This document shows, in pieces, positions 14,471-28,157 of a DNA stretch of 64,000 nucleotides. Made by a program: the position numbers and the translations under genes. The notes below the pieces were generated by a model. The model was not told the DNA's origin. It saw nothing but the letters and a program-made list of their open reading frames with translations, and ran no database searches. The stretch spans positions 603,899-667,898 of the forward strand of contig MCFH01000029.1 in assembly GCA_002104945.1 (NCBI GenBank). Reading direction: 5' to 3'. Every line of letters starts with the position of its first letter. Position 1 is the first letter of the stretch. The DNA comes from Piromyces finnis finn (Eukaryota; Fungi; Neocallimastigomycota).

Positions 14471-16253
14471 TTATTAATTAAAACATTTAAAATAAAATAA
14501 ATAATATTATTTCTAGTTGCTTTTTTGATAATAAATAATATAATTAACAAATTAAATAATAACTATAATTTTATAATTACTTAAATTTAAACATCTATAT
14601 TTAAATTTATATATATATAAATATTAAAAGTTTTCATTTTTCATACCTCTTGATCAATTTTCTTTTTTCGTTTCTTTTCACGTTCTAAACGAATTATATT
14701 TAATTCATATTGAGTTTTTGAAGAACGCTTTGGCGGTTCAGGAATATCATTAACAAAAGCTGGTTTTTTAGGGTAATGAAGGGAAGAATAATGGTTATTT
14801 GAAGTTTTTGGATTATAAATGATATCTAATTCACTCTTTTTTTATTATTAATCATAATAATTATAAAAATATCAAATATATATTAAAATAATATGAATAT
14901 TTATTTAATTAATATAATATATAATATAAAATAAGCATATAAAAATTGAATAAAAATAAAAAAAAATATATTATATTTAATGAAAAATAAAGTAATTTTC
15001 CATTGTTAATTGATATGTTATTTTTTTTTATGCTCTATTTCTGATTTTTTTTTTTTAAAATAATTTTCTTTTTATTATTCAATGTTTGATTTTTTTAACT
15101 GCCTTTTTTATTTTTGTCTATAGTAATATTTTATTTTTAATGATTTCAAATAATTTCCTGAAAATAAACAAACGATTATTTCCTTTATATACAAATATAT
15201 ATGATTATATTTTCCAACTCTTCTTTGCTTTTGTTTTTCTAATTTTTACATTATTCTTATTTAATACTTTACTTTTTTTTCTGTTAATTCAGTAATTGGC
15301 TCAAGATCATTTCGAATAGAAGGAATTGCTTTTGAAAATCCTTGAAGACGATTTACGAAAAAATCATGTTCTTTTTGTAAATATGGTTTCTTAATAACAT
15401 TGCCAGACATAAAAGTATTTACTGATAAAATAAAGCATACCAATTGAAATATTATGTATGATCATTTTAAAAATAATAGTATAATAAAAATATTCAATGT
15501 AATTATATAATATATTGTCCAATGTAATAAATGGGAATTTCATATTAAAATTGATGTATATAATATAAAATAAGTTTGTTGTATTTTTTTTTTTTTTAAT
15601 ATATGTTTTTTTTTTTTTTTGTTTGTTTTTGTTTTTTATATATTTGAAAATATATGATGGTATATTTCATTTTTAATAATAATATATAAACAAATGAATA
15701 ATGTAAATTAAATATATAATATTCAAAAAAATATATAATAAAATAAATGAGTTAGTTTTTTTTTTTTTTTTTTAGGTTTTAAATCAACGAAAATAATAAT
15801 TTTTTTTTCTTTTATTTCATTATTATCGTTGTTATCTATTTCCTTATTTTTCTTTTTAAATTATTATTGTAATTTTTACTAACATTCTGTTTTCCCATTA
15901 ATACTTGAAGAATCAATTTTCTTTAATTCAATATACGTCTTTATATCATAAAGAAGTTTTGCAGCCTCTCCAGGTTTACCCTGAATGATATCGTAAACTC
16001 GATTTGCTTTTAGCTTTAATCCCAATTTTTGTATTAAACTTGTTTCCAATAAAGAATAATTTCTAATTGCTATTTCTTGAGAATTTCCATTATAAAAAAG
16101 AGAATCAAACATCTTTTTATCGATGAGGCCATATTGTTTTAAAATTTCACCATATAAGTAACCATTTCTAAAATCCGTATCAATACTTTCCTTGGTGATC
16201 TGTTGGGAAAGTCTTACCTCAGAATTTAGCCATTTAACAACAACAGAAGACAT
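5893..16253 (-). CDS. SPEF2: SPEF2/KPL2/CPC1-like flagellar central-pair protein; many exons; internal boundaries not all resolved
   Basis: N-terminal calponin-homology-type exon (WLNSEV..DFRNGYLYGEILKQYGL), long coiled-coil exon (13543-14355), adenylate-kinase-like P-loop exon (IIGKRFSGKMTLAK, 12255-12473) and LID-like exon (KRMTGRKVDTLTGKIYHLEYNPPP). Collinear exons continue to a putative terminal exon KIIIEKNK* with stop at 5893-5895; the 3' end is less certain. Confidence 0.85.
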
Positions 16254-17550
16254 TATTTTTCTATTTTCTTTTTAGTTATTTTATTTAAAATAGTGGTGTT
16301 TAAGAAAGATAAGTAAACAATTGTGTTGAATTCTATATATTTAAAAAATAATGTTTATAATTATAGGTAGTAACAAAATAAAGATTGTTATATCTGTAGA
16401 TTTTATTTTTTTTTTATATTGATTTTATCATTCTATTTGATATAAATATAAATATATGGAATATAGTGATATTTGTTTTAAATTTATTGCTTTCTTATTT
16501 CCTCTTTTTTTTTACTTTATTCATTCTATTATTTAAAATATTTTTATATAATTATTTAATTATAAATATTTTAAATATTAATTGTAAACAATATTTTTTT
16601 TTTAATTTATTTTTTTTTTTTTTTTTAATTAAAAATTTACTTTTGAATTAAAACATCCACATTCAAAAAATAATTTTAAACTCAAAAAAATAAAAAAAAA
16701 AAAGAATATTGAATTATAACATAATACTATTAAAATACGCTAATATATAATAATGTATAGGTATATAAATTAAATATACAAATGCTTTAAAAATAGTAAA
16801 AAGAATAATAGGTAAAAAAAAAAAAAGACAGACATTTTCTGTTTCTTATACATCCGTTATTCCATTTTTTCATTACAAAACATTAAATAATCTTATTTTA
16901 TTTAGGTTTTTCAATAATTGAAATATGTAAAATAATATATTACAATATTATCAGTTATATAATTTGTTTAAAAAAAAAAAAAAAAGGAAATAAAATAAAA
17001 TATTAAATATATTTGATGATACACAATAATATTATGTTACAGTTAACTTTTTATTAAAAAAAAAAAAAAAAAAAAAAAATTGATTTTAAAATGGTAACAA
17101 AATTTTATTGATATATTGAGGTTGTTATTTGATTGTCATTAACGATTTCCATTTTTTTTAAATATATATTAAATTGATGTTACTAATTGTTTGTATAAAT
17201 TAATATACTATAAAGATTCTAATAAAAAAAATTAGAACCTTTACCGTATTCATTTTAATCAGCAGCATCAAATTTAGAATTATCATTATTTCTTTTTTAA
17301 TCAATTTTTTTTTTTTAATTTTTTCAAAAAGAAAAAAAATAATTTCTTAATAATGAAAAAGAATTCTCAAAAAAAGAAATATTTGTTATTATAAATTATG
17401 ATATTTATATATGGTTTTTATAAATGATATTAGAAAGTGATATGAAATTAAAAAAAAATTGATAGAATTTTTGTTTTTAATTACAAAAAAAAAATTAATA
17501 ATGAAATAAAATAATTATTAAAAAGTATTAAATAGGTAATAATTATATTA

Positions 17551-20051
17551 TTAATGGTTAATTCTTTTTCTCTTTGGAGAAGTAACAATCACATATGGAT
17601 CCTTTAACTGATATGTAATGAGTTGATAAGCACATTTAAAAAGTATAATCCATTCTCTTGCTTTCTTTTTATAAATATATAAAAGAATAGCTGTAAATAA
17701 TAAAGGAGAAGAATATTGTATATACTGAATGAAGAATGCCAATTTTTCCAAAACCAATTTTATCCTCATAATCTCCATACGTTTTTGTTGATATTCATAA
17801 TACTCATCATCATCATATCTAAAACTTTTTTCAAAATACATTGAATTATTATTATTGATGTTATTATTATTATTATTATAAGATTCCATTTGTATATTAT
17901 CAAACATGACTGATTCACTTCTATTAAAATTATAAAATGGTGCTTGTGACATAGTTATAGGATTTATAAAGGAATCATTTCTAGCTGGATAATCAATAAA
18001 TTCGTTTCTAGCTTGATACTCATTTGGATCATTTATATTGTATCGCATTGAGCGACTATCATTATTATAGAAATCAGTAGATTGATTATAGTTACGATTA
18101 TCCACGAAGCTATTATTAAAGCCTAATTCTTGATAGTAAGAACTATTATGCTTCAAACGATGACTCATCCTTAAATTCTTTCTATAATGTTTTTGTTGTT
18201 TTGTTTTAGAAGGAGTATTCAACCATAGACACCAATGAACCAAGAATGGATAGGTAGTAAATAAACGATACATTTTATTATAACAATCTTCAGCCATTTG
18301 CTAAAAGTCATAATCATTGATTAATAATAATTGTAATAATGACAATGAAATTGATGATAAATTATATTTGTTATATTTTTATAGATTTATTATTTTTTAA
18401 TAGATTTATAAATAATAATAAGTTAATAATAATATATATATTTATGCATAATTTGTTATGAAAATATATATATATATATATATATCATTATATGTAAAAT
18501 ATAAATAATATTATATAATAAAAATTTAAAAAAAATTGATTAGTATTATATTTTCTCTTTTAATTAGTAATTAAAAAAAAAAGGTATTATATTATAAATA
18601 TTAATATTGTTATTTTATATTTTTATTACTTTTTTTTTTGTTATTAATTATAATTTTATCTTTTTTTTATTTCTTTTATTAACCTACCAAATTATTTTTA
18701 ATATCAGAAAATCCTTGATTCTGATTACAAATATCAGAAAGTTCTGTCATATAATAGCTATCTAGATCGTAGAAACGATTAAGAGGATGAATGATTAATG
18801 GATATATTTGTGTGGTATACTTTGAGTCAAGTCGAAAATCTAAATCATAACTGGCATTAACGGAAGATTTTCCATGATTTCTTTTAAATATACAGTTTTG
18901 TATTATATTATTAGGTTTTGTTTTTGATGACAGTTTAATTTTTTTTTTTTAAATTTTGATGAAAAAAAAAAAAAAAAGAATCATAAAAAAAATTGAAATA
19001 ATATTATAGAATAATACGGTTAAAATATGTGTTTATTAAAATAATATATAATAGATATAAATATTAAAAATAAAGAATGTTATATAAATAAAATAATATA
19101 CTTTATAAAAATAAAAAGAAAATAATTGTATATATATTTAAAGGATGGTATAACTACTACAATGTAATCATGTTATATTAATTAAAATAATCAATAATTA
19201 ATACTTACAAAGTAAAGTTCAGTACACTTGAATTAATTTTTTCAAAAATATTAGAAGTACTTCGAATGAATCCAATTGGAGTAGAATATTGAACAGAATT
19301 AAGATAGGGATTATTAGAAGAAGAAGAAGAATGAATACGGGAACTCCAATTCCAAGAATATATATCCTCTCTTCGTTGAGGGTAAGTATGAATAATAGAG
19401 AAAATCACAGAACCATTTGGATGTTCTACGGTAGAGCCAGTTATTCGAATTTGACGAATTGATTTTGTATTCATTGGATCAGGAAAACGAAAAAGAATAC
19501 CAGTAGCATTATATGCAATTCTACATGATACCACACAATTATCAGGAATAAAAGGTGTTTCAAAAATAAACTCTGCTCTTTGTTTTGGACCAATACCAGT
19601 AGCTATGGTAAAAAATATATATATATATTTAAATAAAAATTATGAATATATTATATAGTAATTATAAATTATATATGATAAACATAATATAATATAATAT
19701 AATATAATATAATATAATATAAATAAAATATTAGAATGAATTAATAAAAAAAAAAAACATGAATTTTGTTTTTAAATATTTCATTAATATTCTATATTAC
19801 TCTTGTACATAATTCTTTGATAACTTACGTGAATCTAATAATGCAACAAAACCATTAGCCCAAATGTTATTAGCGAATTGTTCAAAAGTAAGAGGTTGTT
19901 CCCAATATATGACAGGGGATGACTTTAATAAATTATAGGAATCCCAATATCTTTTTCTTTTGTATAGATATTCATTATTTAAGTTAGCACCTGATGGATT
20001 TTTCTCTACCACCCAATAATCATTTATAATTTCAAGTCTTAGCAAAACCAT
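17551..20051 (-). CDS. Hypothetical protein, 4 exons (20051-19829, 19602-19209, 18880-18688, 18300-17551), 519 aa, hydrophobic segments near the C-terminus
   Basis: GT-AG junctions (two GTAAGT, one GTAGGT donor) join three ORF-track segments and one extra exon into a single frame of 1560 nt. No family recognised. Confidence 0.7.
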
Positions 20052-21060
20052 TAAATTTTTAAATTATTTTTCGAAATTATAATATATAGTTTATTAGTTT
20101 ATATAAAGGTTGTTTCTTTTTTTTTTTTTTTTACTTTTTATTCTTTTCTTCACTTTTATATTTTTATATATTTAATTAATATAGGATGATACACTTTTTT
20201 TATATATATAATATCTTTAAAATTTGTAGTTTCCTATTCAATTCAATATTCAATTGTTTAATTGATTATTAATTTATTAACAAAAAAATTGGGATTAAAT
20301 TAATTTAAAATATTTTTAAAAATTTTTAATTTAACTTTCAATTGAAAACTCTTTTTATTATTATTTTTTCATTTTTCAATAAATTATTTATTATTATATT
20401 TAAAACCACATTTTAATTAAAACCTTTTCAACTTTTTTAATCTTTCTGTATTAAAAATGCACGAGTTATTATAGAAAGAAGTTTAAACTTTTTTTTATTA
20501 CCAATATCTCTTTATAAATTTTTAAATAATTGTTAAAATATAAATGCTTATTTTTATTATTTAATTTAGATTTATATATATTTACATAATAATGATAATT
20601 ATCATATATTTAATTTACTTCTTCATACATAACTTTAAGTTGAAAATTATTAATATTTTAACATTTAAAATAAAAAACAAATGGTATGTTAATTATTTTT
20701 TTTAGTAATATTTAAATAAAATTAATAATCATGAGAGCTCGATTCATATATTTAAGTTTAATGGATATCTTTTATAAATTATGTTTTTATTTATTGAACA
20801 TTAAATATCTTCTCCCATATTTTTATACCTATCTTTTGATACAAATATATACAGAACAGTTTTCTACTAATTTACTAAAAAATAGTCATAAACCTTTTTA
20901 TTATTAAAAGTTTTTATTTCCATAATAAAATACTACATCTTTTTATTTTTTATTTTTTTTCTGACACATTATGAATAATTAAATAGTCTAAATAAGATAT
21001 TAATAATCCTGAAGAAGGTTCTAATACACCAATATTTGACCAGATTATTTATACTTGAAA

Positions 21061-21170
21061 AAATTCTTGGTAATAAATTCGATTATGATATACATATAAA
21101 ATATAATAATTATTAGAATATGTGATAAATACAGATACAGAGTCACAATCGAATTTACTACCAAGAATTT
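21061..21170. repeat. Intergenic inverted repeat, 24-bp arms with 1 mismatch, 62-nt spacer
   Basis: AAATTCTTGGTAATAAATTCGATT (21061-21084) versus AATCGAATTTACTACCAAGAATTT (21147-21170). Confidence 0.75.
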
Positions 21171-24143
21171 CTTTATTTTTTTTTTTTTTTTGCTTTTTAA
21201 ATTGAATTTGAACTTTGCAATTTTTACTTAAAAAAAATATTTATTTATCTATTAACTCAATAAAATTGATATTTTATTAAAAAAATATTAAAATAATATT
21301 TAAAAATTCGTTTCTTTTTATAATTTTATGTATTATATGATTATAGTTTAACAAATTGGATATATTTTTATAAAAAAAAAAGCCATCAATTATAAATAAT
21401 AGATATGAATTTCTGTTAAATATTATAATTAAAATATATAATAAATTTTATAAATTTCATCAAAGATTATTTAATTAGGAAAAGAAACATTTCATATTAA
21501 CACACATTCACATATTTTATGCTCGGAAATCCAGTGTTCCTCTTATTAGGAAACAAAAGATATCAGAAAAACTAATAAAACTCTTAATTTTTTTTTTCTT
21601 ATTAATCGTAACAATAATGGATTTTCTATATACATTATGTATATTAGGTTTAGTTTGATTAATTTAAAAAAGTTTTCACATTAATTCTAATAAAGTAATT
21701 AAAAAAATTTTTTTTAAAGTTTATAATCTAAAAAAAAAAAAACTTTTTATTTTATTCATCTTTTCATTCAAATTTCATTTGAATAGAATTATGAATTATT
21801 CTTTTTTTAAAAAAAATCAGTTTATTTAATTAAATTATGCAACTGTATGTAAGTAAAAGTCTTATTCATATAAAAGTCTTATTTATCCTTCATAAGAATA
21901 GGGTTGTCAAGATTATTATGGTTTATCCATGATTTAACTCTAATAATTCTATTTTTTTTTTAACTTTCTTACTTTGCTTTAAAAGTCAGCACCTTACTAT
22001 ATCTTTAGATCCTATTCTAGAATGGAGGCAACGCATTTCCCAAACCTCTAATTATAACTTTATCCTTGTAAATCCAAATATTCTTAGTATTAATGCATGG
22101 TATTGCAATAACTTTTCATTTTCATTATCTAAATCATTAATGGGTAGTTTTATAATTATTATAAATTGCATCGACAAAATTCAAGTTTTACTGTAACACT
22201 TACTAGTCCATTATTCTCTTTAATAAACTGTGAAATGTGGAATAATAAAACAAAATTTCAAATGCCACTTGATTAAATTTTACAATATATTAAATATATG
22301 ACAACTAATATATTAAACTCAATTAAAAATTTTATTCTTATTTTAATTTTTACATTAATTTTTTTTTGATAAAAGTTCACAACTTAATTTCCAATAAAAT
22401 ACAATTTAATCTAATATATAGTAAGTCATTTGTTACACCGAAATTCACTTATTTAAAAAAAAATTATAAACTAGTATTATAATAAATAAAAAAATAGTTA
22501 ACCTTATAATAATACTGCTTATTATTAAATGTTTTAATGCATTATTATTATTTCTTTATTATTTACTATTTACTAATTATTATTATGCCAATTCCATTGT
22601 GATTATCATCACTGTTATTATTCTATCATCTTTCTTTTTCTTCATATTTTTCATATTAAAATTATTTTTCTTGGTAATTAAAGATAAGCCATATAGTTTT
22701 TTTTGAAATAAATATAAAACCTTATATATAATTATATATGCAATTCAATTAATTATTATATTTATCAATATATTAATTATAAACATAAAGCCTATTGTAA
22801 ACTTTACCAATGAAATTCTTTTTTTTTTTTTTTGTTTGAAATTTTGTTTTTTTTTAATTTGACACAAGTTAAGGTATTTTACATATTACATTATATATTA
22901 TTATATATTGTACAATTGTTTAATATGAAATAGATTGTATTGTAATATATTAACTATCAACGTATTAATTATATATAACTTATATGGATTATTACACAAA
23001 ATATATATTTTAATATATTTTAACATTTGGTATTATTACAAAAGTAATAAAACTATTAATTAATAACTTTAATTATAAATAATAATATATAATAAAATTA
23101 TACATCTAATTTATTGTTAATATATGACTTCAATATATTATTATATATAACCTGTTTTATGTATTAAAGAACTAGAAAGCAATTCATTTAAATTGTATAG
23201 ATTACATAAATTTTATATATTATATATATTATCATTTTAATTAAAATATAATTTTTTATTCTTTTGCTTATTTATTGTAATATAATACATTTTATATTTT
23301 ATACATTTATTTAATATAAAAAAATAGTTCCATTTTAATTATTATTTATATTAATTTTTTTAATTTTTTTTATTAAAAAAAAAAAGAAAATATAAAAAGA
23401 TTTAAAATTCAGTTTTTATATTTATTTTTTAAATTTTATCGGATTATAAAAAACTGTTACTGCGTTTTTATAAATCTATCAAGTTAAAATAAACGTTGCT
23501 TTCACAATAAAATAAAGAATAGAAAAAAAAAAAATTTTTTTATTATTATTTATTTATAAATATTTTATTGTAAATATTTTAAAAAAGGTAAAAATTAATT
23601 AAAATAAAATGATATTTTATAACTTATTACCAAATAGTGACAACAACAAACGCTACAAAAAAAAAAAAAAATTTCAATTAACAATAGTGGTAAAAAAAAA
23701 ACTAGTTTACCAGTATTTTATGTATATGTTGATATTAGAATAATTAAAAAACAAAAACTATAATTACTTTTGTTAATTTCCAAAAAAAAAGAAAATTCAA
23801 AACTATATATATTATATATAATAAAAATTAAAATAAAAAAGTTATATACTTTTATATTTTTAAATATAAAAATTAAATAGATTTCTAAAATAAAAGTTTT
23901 TTTTTTAAATATATAACAAAAACAAAAATACTAACACATGTCTTTGTATAACTATCTAGATTTTAAATACAAATTATAAATACATTGAAAGCTATCCAAA
24001 AAAATTTTTTGTAAATAAAATTTATTTACAATTTACTCTACTTTTCGATATTCAATATCTTTTAAAACAATAATAATAGTCAACACACTCTATATAAACT
24101 CTTTAAAAACATAGTATCATTTAAATTTATATTTTTAATTAGA

Positions 24144-25175
24144 ATGGTTTCTTTAATTAAAAAATTTAAAAATTTATACAAAGGATCTTATTATTATGCT
24201 AATAAGAAATATGGAAAGTATACCAAAAGAAGACCATTCCCAAATTTTAATGATTTTGACTGTAGTCCATCCGGTGACTTTTCATTAAATGAAGTCCCAG
24301 ACATGAATACTCAAAAAATAGACAGTGAAAAGAAGAATAGTTATATTAACACTTCAAATGATAACAGTTTAACTGTTGTCACTGAAGGAAATAACGTTTA
24401 TATATCTTCCAGACCTCCTACTACCCCGGTTAATGATATCCTTGATGTAGGTCAGGAAAAAGGAATATATGCTTCTTCCAATAGTATCTCTCCTGTCACT
24501 ACTATTTCAGAAAATACTGAATTTACTATGGTTAATAGTAATGCTAATGAATGTATTGCATCAAATTCATCTAGTTTCTATCAGATTCAAAATGAAAACA
24601 ATCCATTTAGTGATTCAAGTGAAATTTCTCGTAGTAGTAGTTATTCCACCACCTTTGACGGAATGTATCCAACTAGAACAGATTCAAGAAATGTTAACAA
24701 TGAAACAAAATATAGAAACCGTATCAATGCTTATGATGATGAAATAAAGTATGGAAATGACTGGAGAGTTGAAATGAAAAGATACTATCCATCAATACCA
24801 CGTACTTCAGAACCTATAGATTATCAAGATGCTTATCCAAATATTAAATCTCCAGAAATAAAAACTGATATGAAAAAGAAAAAGTGGTGGAAAAGGGTTA
24901 TTCCACCTACTAAACATAAAAGTTACACAAGCTCCGTTATAAGCGAAAGTACTTTTTATAACAATAGTGAAACTAGAGGAGTAGAAGATAATCCAAAGAG
25001 ATATGATTCATATAAAAATTCTTTTAATAACGGATATAACAATAATTATTCTAAAAATTATAGCAATGATAATTATAATACCCAAAGATATAGTTCTAAT
25101 AGTTATGAAGGAAATCTTACTGATGGCGTCTTAGTTATTAATGATAAATATAATGTTAGAAATAGTATTTATTAA
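24144..25175 (+). CDS. Hypothetical intronless Ser/Asn/Tyr-rich protein, 343 aa, probably largely disordered
   Basis: 1032-nt ATG-to-TAA ORF with coding-like composition in a very AT-rich intergenic background. No recognisable domain. Confidence 0.7.
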   Translation: MVSLIKKFKNLYKGSYYYANKKYGKYTKRRPFPNFNDFDCSPSGDFSLNEVPDMNTQKIDSEKKNSYINTSNDNSLTVVTEGNNVYISSRPPTTPVNDILDVGQEKGIYASSNSISPVTTISENTEFTMVNSNANECIASNSSSFYQIQNENNPFSDSSEISRSSSYSTTFDGMYPTRTDSRNVNNETKYRNRINAYDDEIKYGNDWRVEMKRYYPSIPRTSEPIDYQDAYPNIKSPEIKTDMKKKKWWKRVIPPTKHKSYTSSVISESTFYNNSETRGVEDNPKRYDSYKNSFNNGYNNNYSKNYSNDNYNTQRYSSNSYEGNLTDGVLVINDKYNVRNSIY

Positions 25176-27754
25176 AAAGATGGTAATAATTTCCTTATCT
25201 AAAATATATATAGAAAAACAGAATGCACACCACATCACTATTATATTATAATATAATTATTCATAAAAACATAATCAAATCAAATTCTAGGCCTATAAAC
25301 TATAAAAGTATAATTAATTATCCATAAAGGAATTAAATACAGTTTTGGAAAAAGATTTCTTTTTTTTTTTATAGATTTATACTCTGTTAATTCTTTCATC
25401 ACATTTCTAATTATTTAAAAAAAAAAAAAAAAAAAAAAAATACTCATTAAAACACATAACAAAATTTTATACATATATTCATAATATTTTTTATCATTTA
25501 TATATAAAATTCGTATATAAAGAAAAATAATAATACCATTATATTATAATATTATACTTTATATCATCATTTAACTTTTATACATATATCACATTATTAT
25601 ATTATAATATTCTTTTTTTTTTTTTTATTATTATTAATATTATTATTCTATTACCCCCTCATTCTATCAGTATCGAATTCTTTTTTTTTTTTCTTTTTTA
25701 AATAAATATATGTTAATATTATTTTTTTTTTTTTTTTTTTAATATTTTTTTACTTTCTTTAAAATTAAAAATTATAAAACATTTTCAAAATAAAGACAAA
25801 AAAAAAAAAAAAATTGGATTCTATTTATTTAGTTTAATTTCATAAATATTATAAAAGTTATTATTGTGTTTTGACTATTTCTTACACATTTGATAAAATT
25901 TAGAAAGATTTTAAAGTTAATATAACATTACGCACACGATTATACAGTTGTTTAAGAAGAAGAAAAAATATCCATTGTGAACATATGAAATTATATAATC
26001 TCTACAGACTTTGAAATGAATTAAGAAATATTTCAAATTAGTAAAAATAAATTTCCCACACTTTTTCCCGATTAAAAATAAAATGCTTTCATAATAAAAA
26101 GTTTTCATTAGGTTCTCTGATAAAGATCATTATTAAAAGTTTTATTTATTCAGTCTTTTTTGAAATAATGGATATTCCAAACGCATGAAATGAAATTAAT
26201 ATAATCTTTATTTCAAACAATAAAATGAAAAAAAAAAAAAATAAAAATAAAAATAAAAATATAAGGGAAAAAAAAAAGATAGAAATAAAAATTATTTAAT
26301 ACATTTATTTGACTATTTTTTATTATATTATTTATTAAAATTTATAAATTTTTCAATAAATAATATAACATATAAAAAATTAAAAAAAGAAAAATGAAAT
26401 AATAATAACAGCAACAGTAATAATAATAACAAAATAGTAATTTTAAACACTTAATATACTTCGATACCCTATCCCAACCTTTAACATAATTTACGGATAA
26501 TTTATTATTAAAAGCAGAAATTAATATGTAAAACATTCTTGCTGTTATGGATAATAATAATATAGAAAGATATTCAGTAAAATCACAAAGTTTGGAAATT
26601 TAAAAAAAAAAACTTATCCATTATTCATAAAGTCAATCTTTTTATATTCATTTTTTATTTCTACTTTTTTTTTCTTATAACTTAAAAAAAAAATCACAAT
26701 TTTTTATCATCTCTAAGTAATATATTGCTTGTGATAATTATCTATAGTTTTAATCGTATTCCCTATAATGAACTTTATCATCTAAAATTCAAAGAAAATA
26801 TCTGGAAAAAGATAAAACTTAAATTATCCTTATTTTACAAAATGTAATATTGTCATATATAAACGTTTATCAATTTACTTCAATATTTACAAAAGATTAA
26901 AGATACAAGTCTTGAGAACCCAAGTGAGGTATAAGAGGTTCTTATGATATTAGAAACCGAAATATCTGCTATTCAAAATATGTTAGCAAAAAAATTAAAA
27001 TATATTGATGAAATACTGAATTTAGGTGCAGTTGTTAAAATACTCATATTAGGCCTATTTAAAAAAATAAAATTATCCTTTACTTTCTTTCATATTACTT
27101 TTAATAGAATTTGACCTTTTCACAGTTTGAAAGCTCAAATTAATTTTATTTATTTTAATATCATGTTATACTTTATAAATTTATTTATATACTTATTTAT
27201 ACATTCATTTATTTTTATATTAAATGACCTAGTTATTTATTTAATTATAATTTATTTATTCATTTAATTTCAATAAATTTTTTTATATTCACTTATAAAT
27301 TAATTGGCTCCTATATATTAATTTATTTAGTGTTTTATATTGTTTATATATATTCGAATATTTCGGATTTTTTTTTTATCTAAAATAAAATAAATAAAAT
27401 ATTAATTGAATTAAAAGATTGTTCCAAAATATATTACACCATATATTATATTAAAATAAATTAAATATATTATTTTTAATATTATTTATATTAATATAAT
27501 AAAAAAATTCAATATAATTTTTTTTTTTTTACTTTTTTAAAAAATAAAAAAAAAATAAAAAATAATTAAAAAAATAAAAAATAAAAAAAAATAAAGAAAT
27601 AAAAAAAAGATATTAAAAAAGAAAAATAAAAAAAGACAATAAAAAAGGTAAAGGAAGCAAAAAGAAAAAAAATAATAATAAATAAATAAAATAAAAAGAT
27701 TTCATTATTACTATTGCTACTGGCATAATTGCCATTATAATCATTCCTTTTATA

Positions 27755-27794
<40 letters not shown>

Positions 27795-28157
27795 GAAAAA
27801 AAAAAAGATGAAATCTTGAAATTTCATTACTCATAAAATAAATTATAAATTCAACCAAAAAATGATAATAATAAATAAACAAAAATTAAAAGTCATCACC
27901 AACTGTTTCAAAAATATAAGAATTTTATTTATATCCTATAAAGTAGAAAGAAAAAAAAATAAAAATTGACAAAAAAAAGCTACAATAACAAATATAATTT
28001 AAAAATATAAATATTATCAAAATAATTAAAAAAAATAGGATAATAAAAAAAAAAAGTACATATATACTAAATAAATTATTTTTAATACTCTATTATATAT
28101 CATATTATATAAATATATTTTCGTTAATACTACAGTATTAGTAAATAATAAATAAAA

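Noticed and set aside
21880-22230. Mildly GC-richer segment that might be a decayed transposon ORF
   Set aside because: All frames contain stops and no motif was recognisable by eye.
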